From: Zancudomyces culisetae HAW-14-8
Taxonomy: Eukaryota > Fungi > Kickxellomycota
Direction: 5' to 3'
Assembly (NCBI GenBank): GCA_052426225.1
Contig: JBNJNM010000010.1
Location: forward strand, 744,001-808,000
DNA: 64,000 bases
A program made the position numbers and the translations under genes. The notes under the pieces are model-generated. The model was not told the origin of the DNA. It was given only the letters and a program-made list of their open reading frames with translations, and did not search any database. Every line of letters begins with the position of its first letter. Within the stretch, counting starts at the first letter, position 1. Below are positions 40,101 to 48,328 of this stretch, in pieces.

Positions 40101-40985
40101 AACAAGTTTAACAAGATACGAAAGGCAGGGGCAAAGCTACAAATGGAAGCTGATGATTTGGAGCGAGCAGAAACCGAGCATCAACGGAAAGGCAAGTACT
40201 GGAAAAGCTCTATTGAAAGTTTGGTGTTGCAAACACTGCCAGCTGAACTCGAAGAAGCTGTCGATATACCAACGACATTGCCTGTCTTTGAAGAAGAGAC
40301 ATTGTGTGAGACTGATGAAGCTATGTTAGAAAAGGAAATTGAGCAGATCCAAGCCAAATTACAGACAGCAAAGCCAAATCTCAGTGTGTTGGTGGAATTT
40401 GCCAAGAGGGCAAAAGAGCTTGGGGCCCACACAGCTGAACTCGACAGCATTACGACGCAGCGTGATGATGCGGTGGAAAGCTATACGCGATTGCACAAAC
40501 AGCGACTAGATGAGTTTATGGCAGGGTTCAATGCGATTTCGCACAAGCTCAAGGAAATGTATCAGTTGATTACGCTAGGGGGTAGTGCGGAACTGGAGCT
40601 GGTGGACTCACTGGATCCATTTGCAGAAGGAATTGTATTTTCGGTGATGCCGCCAAAAAAATCGTGGAAAAACATATCGGATCTCAGTGGAGGCGAAAAG
40701 ACCTTGTCATCGCTGGCGCTGGTGTTTGCATTGCATCAGTACAAACCCACACCAATATATGTAATGGATGAAATCGATGCAGCACTAGACTTTAGAAATG
40801 TATCAATAGTTGCAAACTACATCAAAGAACGGACAAAAGACGCACAGTTTATTGTAATCAGCCTGCGCAACAACATGTTTGAGTTGGCTGACTGGTTAGT
40901 TGGTGTGTACAAATTTGAAAACAAAACTAAAAGTCTACCTGTCAATCCTAAACCCTTCCAAAAGTTACTGTCTAATTCTCTCTAA
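37128..40985 (+). CDS. SMC4: Condensin SMC4 subunit
   Basis: NFKSYAG, GPNGSGKSN, DLDHKRFLILQGEVE, hinge GRLGSLG, PPKKSWKNISDLSGGEKT, MDEIDAALD. Confidence 0.97.
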   Translation: MVNETDGRGEEPMDVDEYPGNRKRGLEDMGEVMDREESQESEMSNKDVRNVEEVEVENTSSEEPGSRLIITKMVLENFKSYAGRIVIGPFHESFSAIVGPNGSGKSNVIDAMLFVFGYRASKIRQGKLKDLIHSSSDNERCSQCTVEVHFEEKIDKKDGKGSRKLEGSELVISRAAYYNGSSKYFINGTASNFTEVTALLREKGVDLDHKRFLILQGEVESIALMKPKATKEGEEGLLEYLEDIIGTAHYKEKIEATHKIVDEMNETRTEKIRRVKIVERELEGMEGKKKEALQYIMLENEATMKKNELFQYNLYENNKKMDKLIAKRKEVLNKLEKENAETAQLKVEIDESQKEYKKLVNEQNKLEGSVSELEKEHKRVEKEEVKLAETQKHLNSRLKKTEKKEDELRTQVRTAQETIRHVEVDVEKRNKEMERLEGELEQERKELEKITGQLKGKTQEYTEKVQQKQKVLEPWREKLNQEQSQLEVIQTEIRLIEDKKISKEKVVNAEEEVMEKRKLRAIKDKEMNEKVEEFGELEEEIDAGKRQVEELDWQVEDLEKKLKVARASEEEAKSALVSEQAQGVVLKALLKERDLGRIKGIYGRLGSLGTIEDKYDVAISTACPSLEHIVVQTVEAGEKCVEFLRSNNLGRASFYILDVLPRPDMRRLDEYRKNGEGAPLLLDLVKPQHERYIPAFYRALGGTLAADDLNQARKIAYGKERRRVVTLDGKLIDSSGTMTGGGNKINRGAMSSVPQKAYVSPQRMKDLTSERATVESEYKLNVEKKHKKQKELERQQKRYLELETLLPKLEIELRAADENVKTAKKTLNELKRPEANQLSKEDTAKVDSLRQQEEQQHRNIEKLREQCKNIEQEIRELNTKIMQAGGVALRTQTVKVDGIKEKIALINEEITSGDVKKTKAGLELARGSKELGRCKDEKERVHEELEQVNASIGNKRQLQAKLSEELKDTRIQAEEIKDQVEAFKSELDVNINKFNKIRKAGAKLQMEADDLERAETEHQRKGKYWKSSIESLVLQTLPAELEEAVDIPTTLPVFEEETLCETDEAMLEKEIEQIQAKLQTAKPNLSVLVEFAKRAKELGAHTAELDSITTQRDDAVESYTRLHKQRLDEFMAGFNAISHKLKEMYQLITLGGSAELELVDSLDPFAEGIVFSVMPPKKSWKNISDLSGGEKTLSSLALVFALHQYKPTPIYVMDEIDAALDFRNVSIVANYIKERTKDAQFIVISLRNNMFELADWLVGVYKFENKTKSLPVNPKPFQKLLSNSL

Positions 40986-42646
40986 AAGTATTCTTCCAAA
41001 ATTGCCTCGAGTTCCGACTTGCTAATTGGAATATATAACAGCTGTGTGCCATCAAAGTCCTCGGCAAACTCAATGATCTGGTGGTCCTTAAACTCAATCA
41101 GTAATGATTTGAATGCTACTTCGCTGCTCACCAAAAACCCTTCTCTGCTCTTGTTGTACAGTTGGAAATACTCTATCCCTCGGTACTCCTCGTGCTGCCC
41201 TGCTTCGATTTGATACTGCGCAAGTCTCAAGAATACCTGTTTGGCATTATCTGTCAAACTTATTAGCACATGCCCAATTGCTCTCCGCAGCCTACTGTTC
41301 TCTCTTGTCATCGCTGCCTTGTTGTAGCCTTTACTGCCGGTATTTGCGATTGTACTGCTGCTAACTAAACTAATCCTTTCCCGTCCACGCCCGTCCTTGT
41401 CATCTCGAATCATCGATACCGCCTGGTATGTTTCGTATCCTGTTTCACTTACATATGGCTCAAATGTTGTCAAATCGTGGAAAATAAATCGGAATTCAAA
41501 GTTGATTTTTTTGCTGTCCCACAATAATAGTGAGTTGATATGATCAATCGATGCCACCAAATGTATTCTAGCCATCTCGTCGCGTGTTAGCTGTCCAATC
41601 GTGTTTTGCACATTTTCTTTTCGAAGCGCCATACCCTCAAGGTTATGTATAAGCAAAACTAACCGATCCTGGTTACCAGACGATTTATAGTATTCTACTA
41701 TTTGTTCAATTTTGTCTTGTTCATAACTACTTGCTCCTAACACTGGTATAGTCGCTTCTTCATTTATATCTTTTTCGTTTTCAGATCTTTTCGTTAAGAT
41801 ACTTTTATAGATACTATCAACTACATGTCCAAAGTTTAAATTCGGATAATACCCGTTTACTACTACAACCTTGGACCGGGACTCTGGTGAAAAGTATACC
41901 AACTGTTTGCTTGCAAACTCCTGCAACATTTGCCTTTTAGACCCCACACCAAAAAACAATAGATTGTATCCATTATTCAGTTCAAACTTCCACTGTTTAT
42001 ATTGTTGCTTGTATATTCCAATATTATGTAGCATATTTTCGTTTGTTTTGTAATATAAATCCTGATTCTGAACGCTCTGTTGTATATGTTCTAGCCCGAC
42101 TTTTGCCTCCACCTCTTCGATATCCTCCTCACTTTCACTTTTATCATTTCTCCCACTTCCACTTCTAATGCCACCTCTCCCCCTTCCTCTACCTCTACCT
42201 CTCCCTCGCCCCCTAGTCGAACCACTCTTACCCCCGCGTTCCATTTTTTTAGCTAGTTGGTTTTCTACGATTTGATCATCAAGTTTAGATAACGTGTTAT
42301 TTGATGTTTTGATCTTTTTGGCCTCGCTGGTTTTGGTAAAATAGTAATCCACACCCTTTTCCAATGCTTTTGTTTCCATAACGCTTATCTCCTCCTCCCC
42401 CCTTCCTCCTCCTTCCTCTTTTTCTTCTTCTTCTACTTTCCGTGGTCTACCTCTCCCACGCTTCCCTCGGCTTTGGGAAATCCCATTACTCGTAGGTTCA
42501 GCCTTATTACTCTCTAAATCAACCCCTGAATCGACCTCCGAATCCAAATCATTTCCGTTTTCCTGTCCCTTTCTGTAAACACCTGCACTTGACTTTGTAA
42601 TAGTTACTGTTGCTATTTTCCGTTTTCTTAACTCTCGTTCTGCCAT
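40982..42646 (-). CDS. ORC2: Origin recognition complex subunit 2 (likely start MAERELRK; ORF open to 42715)
   Basis: QWKFELNNGYNLLFFGVGSK, VVVNGY, LLIHNLEG, IHLVASIDHIN, HDLTTFEPY, EFKDHQII; N-terminal AT-hook RGRPRK and RG repeats. Confidence 0.93.
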   Translation of the reverse strand: MAERELRKRKIATVTITKSSAGVYRKGQENGNDLDSEVDSGVDLESNKAEPTSNGISQSRGKRGRGRPRKVEEEEKEEGGGRGEEEISVMETKALEKGVDYYFTKTSEAKKIKTSNNTLSKLDDQIVENQLAKKMERGGKSGSTRGRGRGRGRGRGRGGIRSGSGRNDKSESEEDIEEVEAKVGLEHIQQSVQNQDLYYKTNENMLHNIGIYKQQYKQWKFELNNGYNLLFFGVGSKRQMLQEFASKQLVYFSPESRSKVVVVNGYYPNLNFGHVVDSIYKSILTKRSENEKDINEEATIPVLGASSYEQDKIEQIVEYYKSSGNQDRLVLLIHNLEGMALRKENVQNTIGQLTRDEMARIHLVASIDHINSLLLWDSKKINFEFRFIFHDLTTFEPYVSETGYETYQAVSMIRDDKDGRGRERISLVSSSTIANTGSKGYNKAAMTRENSRLRRAIGHVLISLTDNAKQVFLRLAQYQIEAGQHEEYRGIEYFQLYNKSREGFLVSSEVAFKSLLIEFKDHQIIEFAEDFDGTQLLYIPISKSELEAILEEYF

Positions 42647-42854
42647 AATATATTTATATTCACTTATTTGTAGGTTTATCAAAGTTGAGTTTACCTTAAT
42701 TGCAATTTTATACATGATTTATATATTTAAAAATATTACATTCGAAATGAAAATTCTGTAAAGTCAATAAAGCAATCCAATAAAAGTGTAGAAAGAAAAT
42801 TGTGAAAAATGCTAGATCAATGCAATAAAAAATTAATAGAACACAAAAAGTAAA

Positions 42855-42924
42855 TGCGTAGACCGGGAATCGAACCCGGGTCTGCCGCGTGGCAGGCGGC
42901 ATTATACCACTAAACCATCTACGC
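42855..42924 (-). tRNA. tRNA-Gly(GCC)
   Basis: Acceptor GCGTAGA/TCTACGC; anticodon arm GCCGC-CTGCCAC-GCGGC; T arm CCGGG-TTCGATT-CCCGG; downstream TTTACTTTTT terminator. Confidence 0.93.
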
Positions 42925-42927
42925 AAT

Positions 42928-43009
42928 CGTCAGCGACAGGATTTGAACCTGTGCGGGCATAGCCCAATAGATTTCAAGTCTATCTCCTTAACCGCTCGGA
43001 CACACTGAC
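42928..43009 (-). tRNA. tRNA-Ser(TGA)
   Basis: GTCAGTG/CGCTGAC acceptor; ATAGA-CTTGAAA-TCTAT anticodon arm; long variable arm GGGC-TAT-GCCC; ACAGG-TTCAAAT-CCTGT; G73; intronless, 82 nt. Confidence 0.95.
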
Positions 43010-43016
43010 TTATTTT

Positions 43017-46000
43017 TGTCGAATAAACAGCTTTCCCTATTGTTTATTCTTATTATGATTATTAATGTATTTAAAACTACTACTATATTGTATATTTATT
43101 TATAATGTTGTACTTATAGTATATAATGTAGCTAGACACAATATTATTTTGTTGAAAGATAAAATTTATTTTGAATGAAGTGGGGGATTCCTTTTACCCC
43201 CGATTTCTGATATAAAACTATGAAACTATAACTTAAACTAACTAACTAATAATCGTTGGACAAAAACCACAAGGGGAAAAAGGTCCAATCTAAAAATAAA
43301 GATAACCTATAAAAATCGATAACTAGATAGATAAAAATTGAGATGATAAATCTCAATCAATTTTAGTTCCCATCGTATTATTATACGACAGAACCCCTCC
43401 TCCAGATTGGACTGGCCGGCCTAGTGTCTCTAAAGCGTTGTAACTTGGATCTCAGAGTGTTACTTACTTCAGGAAGCATGTATTGTTTCTGACTATAGAG
43501 CTTTAACATATCTCCGTTTACGATATCACGATTTCCTTCGCTGTCCGCAATAACGTAAGCACCTAATCTTAGTCTCCTTTGTACATGATATGGGCCTTCC
43601 CATATCTGCTCTAACTTTGGTTGCGGTTGCTCAGTAAGCTTTAACACGATATCTCCCTCCTTGAAATACATTTCTCTAACTCCTTTATCATATGTCTTCT
43701 TCTCTTTTTCTTTTGAGGCAATACTATTTGCATAACCTGCTGATCTCATTTCTGGTATGTCCGTTTTGATGAATTCAATTCTTTCTTTAATTGCTAACTC
43801 AATATCACTAGGTTCAGCAGGAGGATTCCAAATCGTAGGAGTGAGTAATCTGACCCCATACAATAATTCTGCTGGTGAATATGACGTCGTCCGATTTCGC
43901 ATTGTTCTTACAGCTAATAACGTTTTCCAGAGATGCAGATCCCAGTTGCCTTTATCTCGATGACATTGCTTTACCAATACGTTTTTAAGTGTTTGATTAA
44001 GACGCTCGACCTGTCCATTGCCCTGTGGACGGTACGAGGTCGTAGGTGTATGCTTTATATTAAGATATTCATATACTTTAGAAGTAAACTCACTTACAAA
44101 ACCTGCTCCTCGATCGGTAATTATCTGATCTGGAACTCCAAAATGTTGCACAATGTGTGTTATGATAAAGTTGATTATGGTCGTTGACTGAATGTTCTCT
44201 ACTGCCTGCGCTACTGGCCACTTTGTCATATAATCTATGCCAGTTAAAATAAATCTATTTCCCTTCTTTGAAATTGGTCTTATGGGACCAACTGCGTCTA
44301 GACCAAAAATCTGGAATGGCCTATTTGCCTGAATAGGGTGAAGGGGATTCCTTTTTTCCCTTCCTCCTTTATAGACTTGACAAGTATGACATTGTCCTAC
44401 TACTGTTCTCGCCATGTCAAAAAGACCTTCACCTGTATATTTTTCCTTGGTTCTCCTCCAAGTGTTCTGTATGCCATCGTGATTCTCTTCATGAATTGCT
44501 TCTATAGTTTCCCTTATATTTTTTTCATGTAGCACCTCTTTTATATTCCCTTTGATAATCCTTACTAGCTTTCCATCCTTCACTCTGTATTTTTTAGCTC
44601 TATTTCTTAACTTGTTTCTAAACCCTTCATCTGCATTTCGTGGGTAACTATAGTCATTCAGATAGTTAATAATAGCTTGATAGTATAAAAAATCCAAAGT
44701 AAATATATCAATCTTATCTCTATTTGATTTGCTAATCTCTGGTCCTAAACGTGATAAGGCGTCTGCGGGGTTGCTTTTTCCTTCGCAATGGACAATAGTA
44801 TAATCGTAGTTACGAAGTATCATAGCCCAACGGGCTACTCTACCTGTAATTTCTGTTGAATTGAAAAGTTGAATTAATGACTTATGGTCAGTACGCACGG
44901 TAAAGTGCTTACCCCATAAATAATACTTTAACTTCTTGATACTCCAGACAACTGCAAGACCTTCCAAATGAGAAATAGAATAATTTCTTTCATGTTGGTT
45001 TGTGATTCGGCTCACATAACAAATTGGTCTTTCTCCTTCATCGTAACTCTGTGACAATATACCTCCAATGCCTGTAACTGATGCATCAGTAGTTACTATA
45101 AATTCTCGGCTCCAGTCAGGATGTGCCAAGGTTGGTGCATTCGTTAATTCATGTTTGATTTTTGTAACTGCTTGTCCGCATTCAGGTGTCCATTTCCATT
45201 CTGTTCCTTTTTTTAACAGTTTTAACAATGGCGCAACAATTTTAGAAAACCCATTTACGTATTTTCTATAAAAACCAATTAGCCCTAAAAAGGACTGTAA
45301 CTCCTTTACTGTGGTAGGTAATTTTGCTTTTTCAATTGATTCCACCTTAGCCTTACTTGTCCTTAGACCTTGTGGCGACACGACATGTCCCAAGTATTCC
45401 AACTCCTTCATTCCAATGAAACACTTGTCAGTATGTAATTGTACTTTACTTTTTCGCAATAAATCAAATATTTCCTGGAGATGCAATAAATGACTTTCAA
45501 TATTTTCTGAGTAGATGATAATATCATCCACAAAGACTACAGCAAACTTCCAAAGCACAGGAGATAGAACCTTCTCCATCATACGTTGAAAAGACGCGGG
45601 ACTGTTTGTCAAACCGAATGGCATGACATTATAGCAGTACGTCCCGGTACCCGGAATAGAGAACGCTGTTTTCAACCTATCCTCTTTGGCCATGCGGATT
45701 TGCCAAAATCCGCTAAGAGCGTCTAGAGTTGAAAACACTGATGAACCAGACAATGCCATGAAAATATCCTCCATCGTCGGCAGCGGATAGGAATCCTTCT
45801 TTGTTTGTAAATTCAGCCTCCTATAATCAGTGCACACACGCAGTTTGCCATTTTTTTTCCAAATGGTAACAACTGGTGCACACCATTCGGACACACACTG
45901 GGAAATTATTCCTTTCTCTTCCATTTTCTTGAGTTCGTCGCGTACCTTGCTATACAAATGGTGCGGAATTCTGTATGGTTTAAGCTTTACTGGGGTTTCG

Positions 46001-48328
46001 TCATTCAACAATATTCTATGTTCAGCTTCCTCAGTCTGTGTCAATTGCTCAATGTCATCGGCAAAGATATCACTATTATCTTGTTTAATTTTGTCAAACC
46101 GCATATCATTGTAGCGCTGCAGCCCATTTATTTCTGCTACTTCTTCTTTAAGAACATAATAAAGCTCGGATGTATTTTTGCTAGAGGGCAACGAGGGAGC
46201 TGAAGTATGTAAAGGTACTATCAACTCAAACTGTTCAACTGGCAGTTTCATTTCCGATGTCTTCAGATTTAATTGGGCCTTGTGTTCTAACAACCAGTCT
46301 GTACCTAAAATGAGCGTGTTGTCGTTTCTATCCATTACTGTCAGATTGACTGTGAACTTGTACCTGCCTATCATTAATGGGACATCCATTATTCTACCTA
46401 ACGAATAGTGCTTATTTCCATCGGCCGTAATTATAATCTGATCACCTTCATCTTCCGCTATGAGCCCCCACTGTTCTAATAATCCCGGTGCAGCTACTGA
46501 GCACGCTGCACCTGTATCTACTACTGCCCAAAAGTTTGATTCAAAAATTGATATTCTAATCTTGCAATTTGTAACTCTAGGTATGTCAAATCTTATTTCA
46601 TTTAATTCAGCTTTTTTACTACGTCTACACAAACTTATCATCTCGTTATTTAAACTAGGTGAAACATCCATCAACTGTGGAAAAGATATGTTGGGACACC
46701 AACTTGGTAACTGTTCTTTTAACGAAAAGGGCGGTATTCCTTCTGCCATTCCTAGTACACCCTTTGCCCTAGGTTTCTCTACTTGCTTAACACTATCTTC
46801 TAACTTTTCTCCAGTTTTTGATGTCTCTCTTCTACGCGAGTCAAGGCCAGCTGTTGTGTTTCCTATTCTTGAAACTACTTCGGGTTCACCTGTTTCCATA
46901 ACTATATCTTGTCTCTCTATAGCCCTGTCATATTCTGTTATGGGTGTGTACCCTTTTTGTCTCAGCTGTAACGGCTTAGTCTTGTTGTACGGCTTTTTGG
47001 TATCCTGTGTGCGGGGTGTTCTTTGTACTGCTAGTACTTCATTGTCATTTTGTTGTGAGCTGCAAACTTCTAAAAAACTTACGTCCTTATCTATTTTACT
47101 TTGTTCCTGAGCCTGCTGTTCTTTGAGTTTATTGCATTCATACTTTCGGTGACCTAACTGATGACAATAATAACATTTGACAACTCTGGGGTTTTCCCGT
47201 TTGTAAGGAAAGACATTTGTATTTTTTAATCTTTTTTCAATAGTCTCATCAACTTTTGAAATAATGTTCAGACTCCACTCATCCATCTTTTTGACCATCT
47301 GTTCATACCCTACATTTTCATTGGTCAACTGCTTTATGGATTTCCCTTTTGTGGTTATGCTGGGTTTTTGAACTTTACTTGTATTATCCACTTGTACTTG
47401 CTTGTGGACAGCCTCTTCTTGAACTTTCTTTAACTTCTCTATAATACTCTTCCAGGTTTTAAGTCTGAATTCTTTGACTATACTTCTTGAATCTGTATTA
47501 AGTGCGCTCAGTAACCAGTCTATCTTGGCTACGTCCTCGTTTATCCCCGCTTTATCCAATATATTTTCCAAGTTGTACTCAAATTCCTCAACTGTTTCAA
47601 AGGAATTTTGGTCAATATTTTTGAGCTTTTCATAATACTGAAATCTCTGTTCCTTAACTTGGTACTGTGTAGTGAACTGCGTTTTGAAGTCGGCCCAATC
47701 CTTAAATGCCGTCTTATGCTTCTTATACCATAACTTCTCAATTTTGCCTAGATACAATTGAATAAAGTCTATCCAATCATCTTTATCCCACTTATTTAAT
47801 TTAGCTACTAGACAAAAGTCTGCGATCCATTCCTCAGGATCCTCACCAGAAGCTGACTCAAATAAGTGTATGGTGTTCATTCTCACAATGTACTCAAGTT
47901 CTTTATATAGTTTTTATTTAGTTTTTCTAGCTATGGCCTAGCTGGGAGCGCCACTGTCGAATAAACAGCTTTCCCTATTGTTTATTCTTATTATGATTAT
48001 TAATGTATTTAAAACTACTACTATATTGTATATTTATTTATAATGTTGTACTTATAGTATATAATGTAGCTAGACACAATATTATTTTGTTGAAAGATAA
48101 AATTTATTTTGAATGAAGTGGGGGATTCCTTTTACCCCCGATTTCTGATATAAAACTATGAAACTATAACTTAAACTAACTAACTAATAATCGTTGGACA
48201 AAAACCACAAGGGGAAAAAGGTCCAATCTAAAAATAAAGATAACCTATAAAAATCGATAACTAGATAGATAAAAATTGAGATGATAAATCTCAATCAATT
48301 TTAGTTCCCATCGTATTATTATACGACA
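43017..48328 (-). mobile_element. Element A: intact Ty3/Gypsy LTR retrotransposon without chromodomain
   Basis: 374-bp LTRs 43017-43390 and 47955-48328 (TGTCG..CGACA, no differences seen); PBS 47936-47953; PPT next to 43391; flanks TTTT/TTTT; single gag-pol ORF. Confidence 0.97.
43381..47880 (-). CDS. Element A Gag-Pol polyprotein, single frame
   Basis: CCHC knuckle CYYCHQLGHRKYEC; protease VDTGA; RT VMPFGL/FVDD; RNase H TDAS; integrase HHCC, DDE and WEGPY; the stop lies inside the 3' LTR. Confidence 0.96.
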   Translation of the reverse strand: MNTIHLFESASGEDPEEWIADFCLVAKLNKWDKDDWIDFIQLYLGKIEKLWYKKHKTAFKDWADFKTQFTTQYQVKEQRFQYYEKLKNIDQNSFETVEEFEYNLENILDKAGINEDVAKIDWLLSALNTDSRSIVKEFRLKTWKSIIEKLKKVQEEAVHKQVQVDNTSKVQKPSITTKGKSIKQLTNENVGYEQMVKKMDEWSLNIISKVDETIEKRLKNTNVFPYKRENPRVVKCYYCHQLGHRKYECNKLKEQQAQEQSKIDKDVSFLEVCSSQQNDNEVLAVQRTPRTQDTKKPYNKTKPLQLRQKGYTPITEYDRAIERQDIVMETGEPEVVSRIGNTTAGLDSRRRETSKTGEKLEDSVKQVEKPRAKGVLGMAEGIPPFSLKEQLPSWCPNISFPQLMDVSPSLNNEMISLCRRSKKAELNEIRFDIPRVTNCKIRISIFESNFWAVVDTGAACSVAAPGLLEQWGLIAEDEGDQIIITADGNKHYSLGRIMDVPLMIGRYKFTVNLTVMDRNDNTLILGTDWLLEHKAQLNLKTSEMKLPVEQFELIVPLHTSAPSLPSSKNTSELYYVLKEEVAEINGLQRYNDMRFDKIKQDNSDIFADDIEQLTQTEEAEHRILLNDETPVKLKPYRIPHHLYSKVRDELKKMEEKGIISQCVSEWCAPVVTIWKKNGKLRVCTDYRRLNLQTKKDSYPLPTMEDIFMALSGSSVFSTLDALSGFWQIRMAKEDRLKTAFSIPGTGTYCYNVMPFGLTNSPASFQRMMEKVLSPVLWKFAVVFVDDIIIYSENIESHLLHLQEIFDLLRKSKVQLHTDKCFIGMKELEYLGHVVSPQGLRTSKAKVESIEKAKLPTTVKELQSFLGLIGFYRKYVNGFSKIVAPLLKLLKKGTEWKWTPECGQAVTKIKHELTNAPTLAHPDWSREFIVTTDASVTGIGGILSQSYDEGERPICYVSRITNQHERNYSISHLEGLAVVWSIKKLKYYLWGKHFTVRTDHKSLIQLFNSTEITGRVARWAMILRNYDYTIVHCEGKSNPADALSRLGPEISKSNRDKIDIFTLDFLYYQAIINYLNDYSYPRNADEGFRNKLRNRAKKYRVKDGKLVRIIKGNIKEVLHEKNIRETIEAIHEENHDGIQNTWRRTKEKYTGEGLFDMARTVVGQCHTCQVYKGGREKRNPLHPIQANRPFQIFGLDAVGPIRPISKKGNRFILTGIDYMTKWPVAQAVENIQSTTIINFIITHIVQHFGVPDQIITDRGAGFVSEFTSKVYEYLNIKHTPTTSYRPQGNGQVERLNQTLKNVLVKQCHRDKGNWDLHLWKTLLAVRTMRNRTTSYSPAELLYGVRLLTPTIWNPPAEPSDIELAIKERIEFIKTDIPEMRSAGYANSIASKEKEKKTYDKGVREMYFKEGDIVLKLTEQPQPKLEQIWEGPYHVQRRLRLGAYVIADSEGNRDIVNGDMLKLYSQKQYMLPEVSNTLRSKLQRFRDTRPASPIWRRGSVV

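Noticed and set aside
42140-42470. AT-hook and RG repeats in Orc2 as a novelty
   Set aside because: An N-terminal AT-hook-like motif is already known in budding-yeast Orc2, and AT-hooks in S. pombe Orc4; only mildly notable.
42708-42926. 72-aa ORF on the minus strand
   Set aside because: It overlaps tRNA-Gly and AT-rich spacer; spurious.
42855-43009. Adjacent tRNAs as primers for, or homology targets of, elements A and B
   Set aside because: The PBS does not match the 3' end of either tRNA-Ser or tRNA-Gly.
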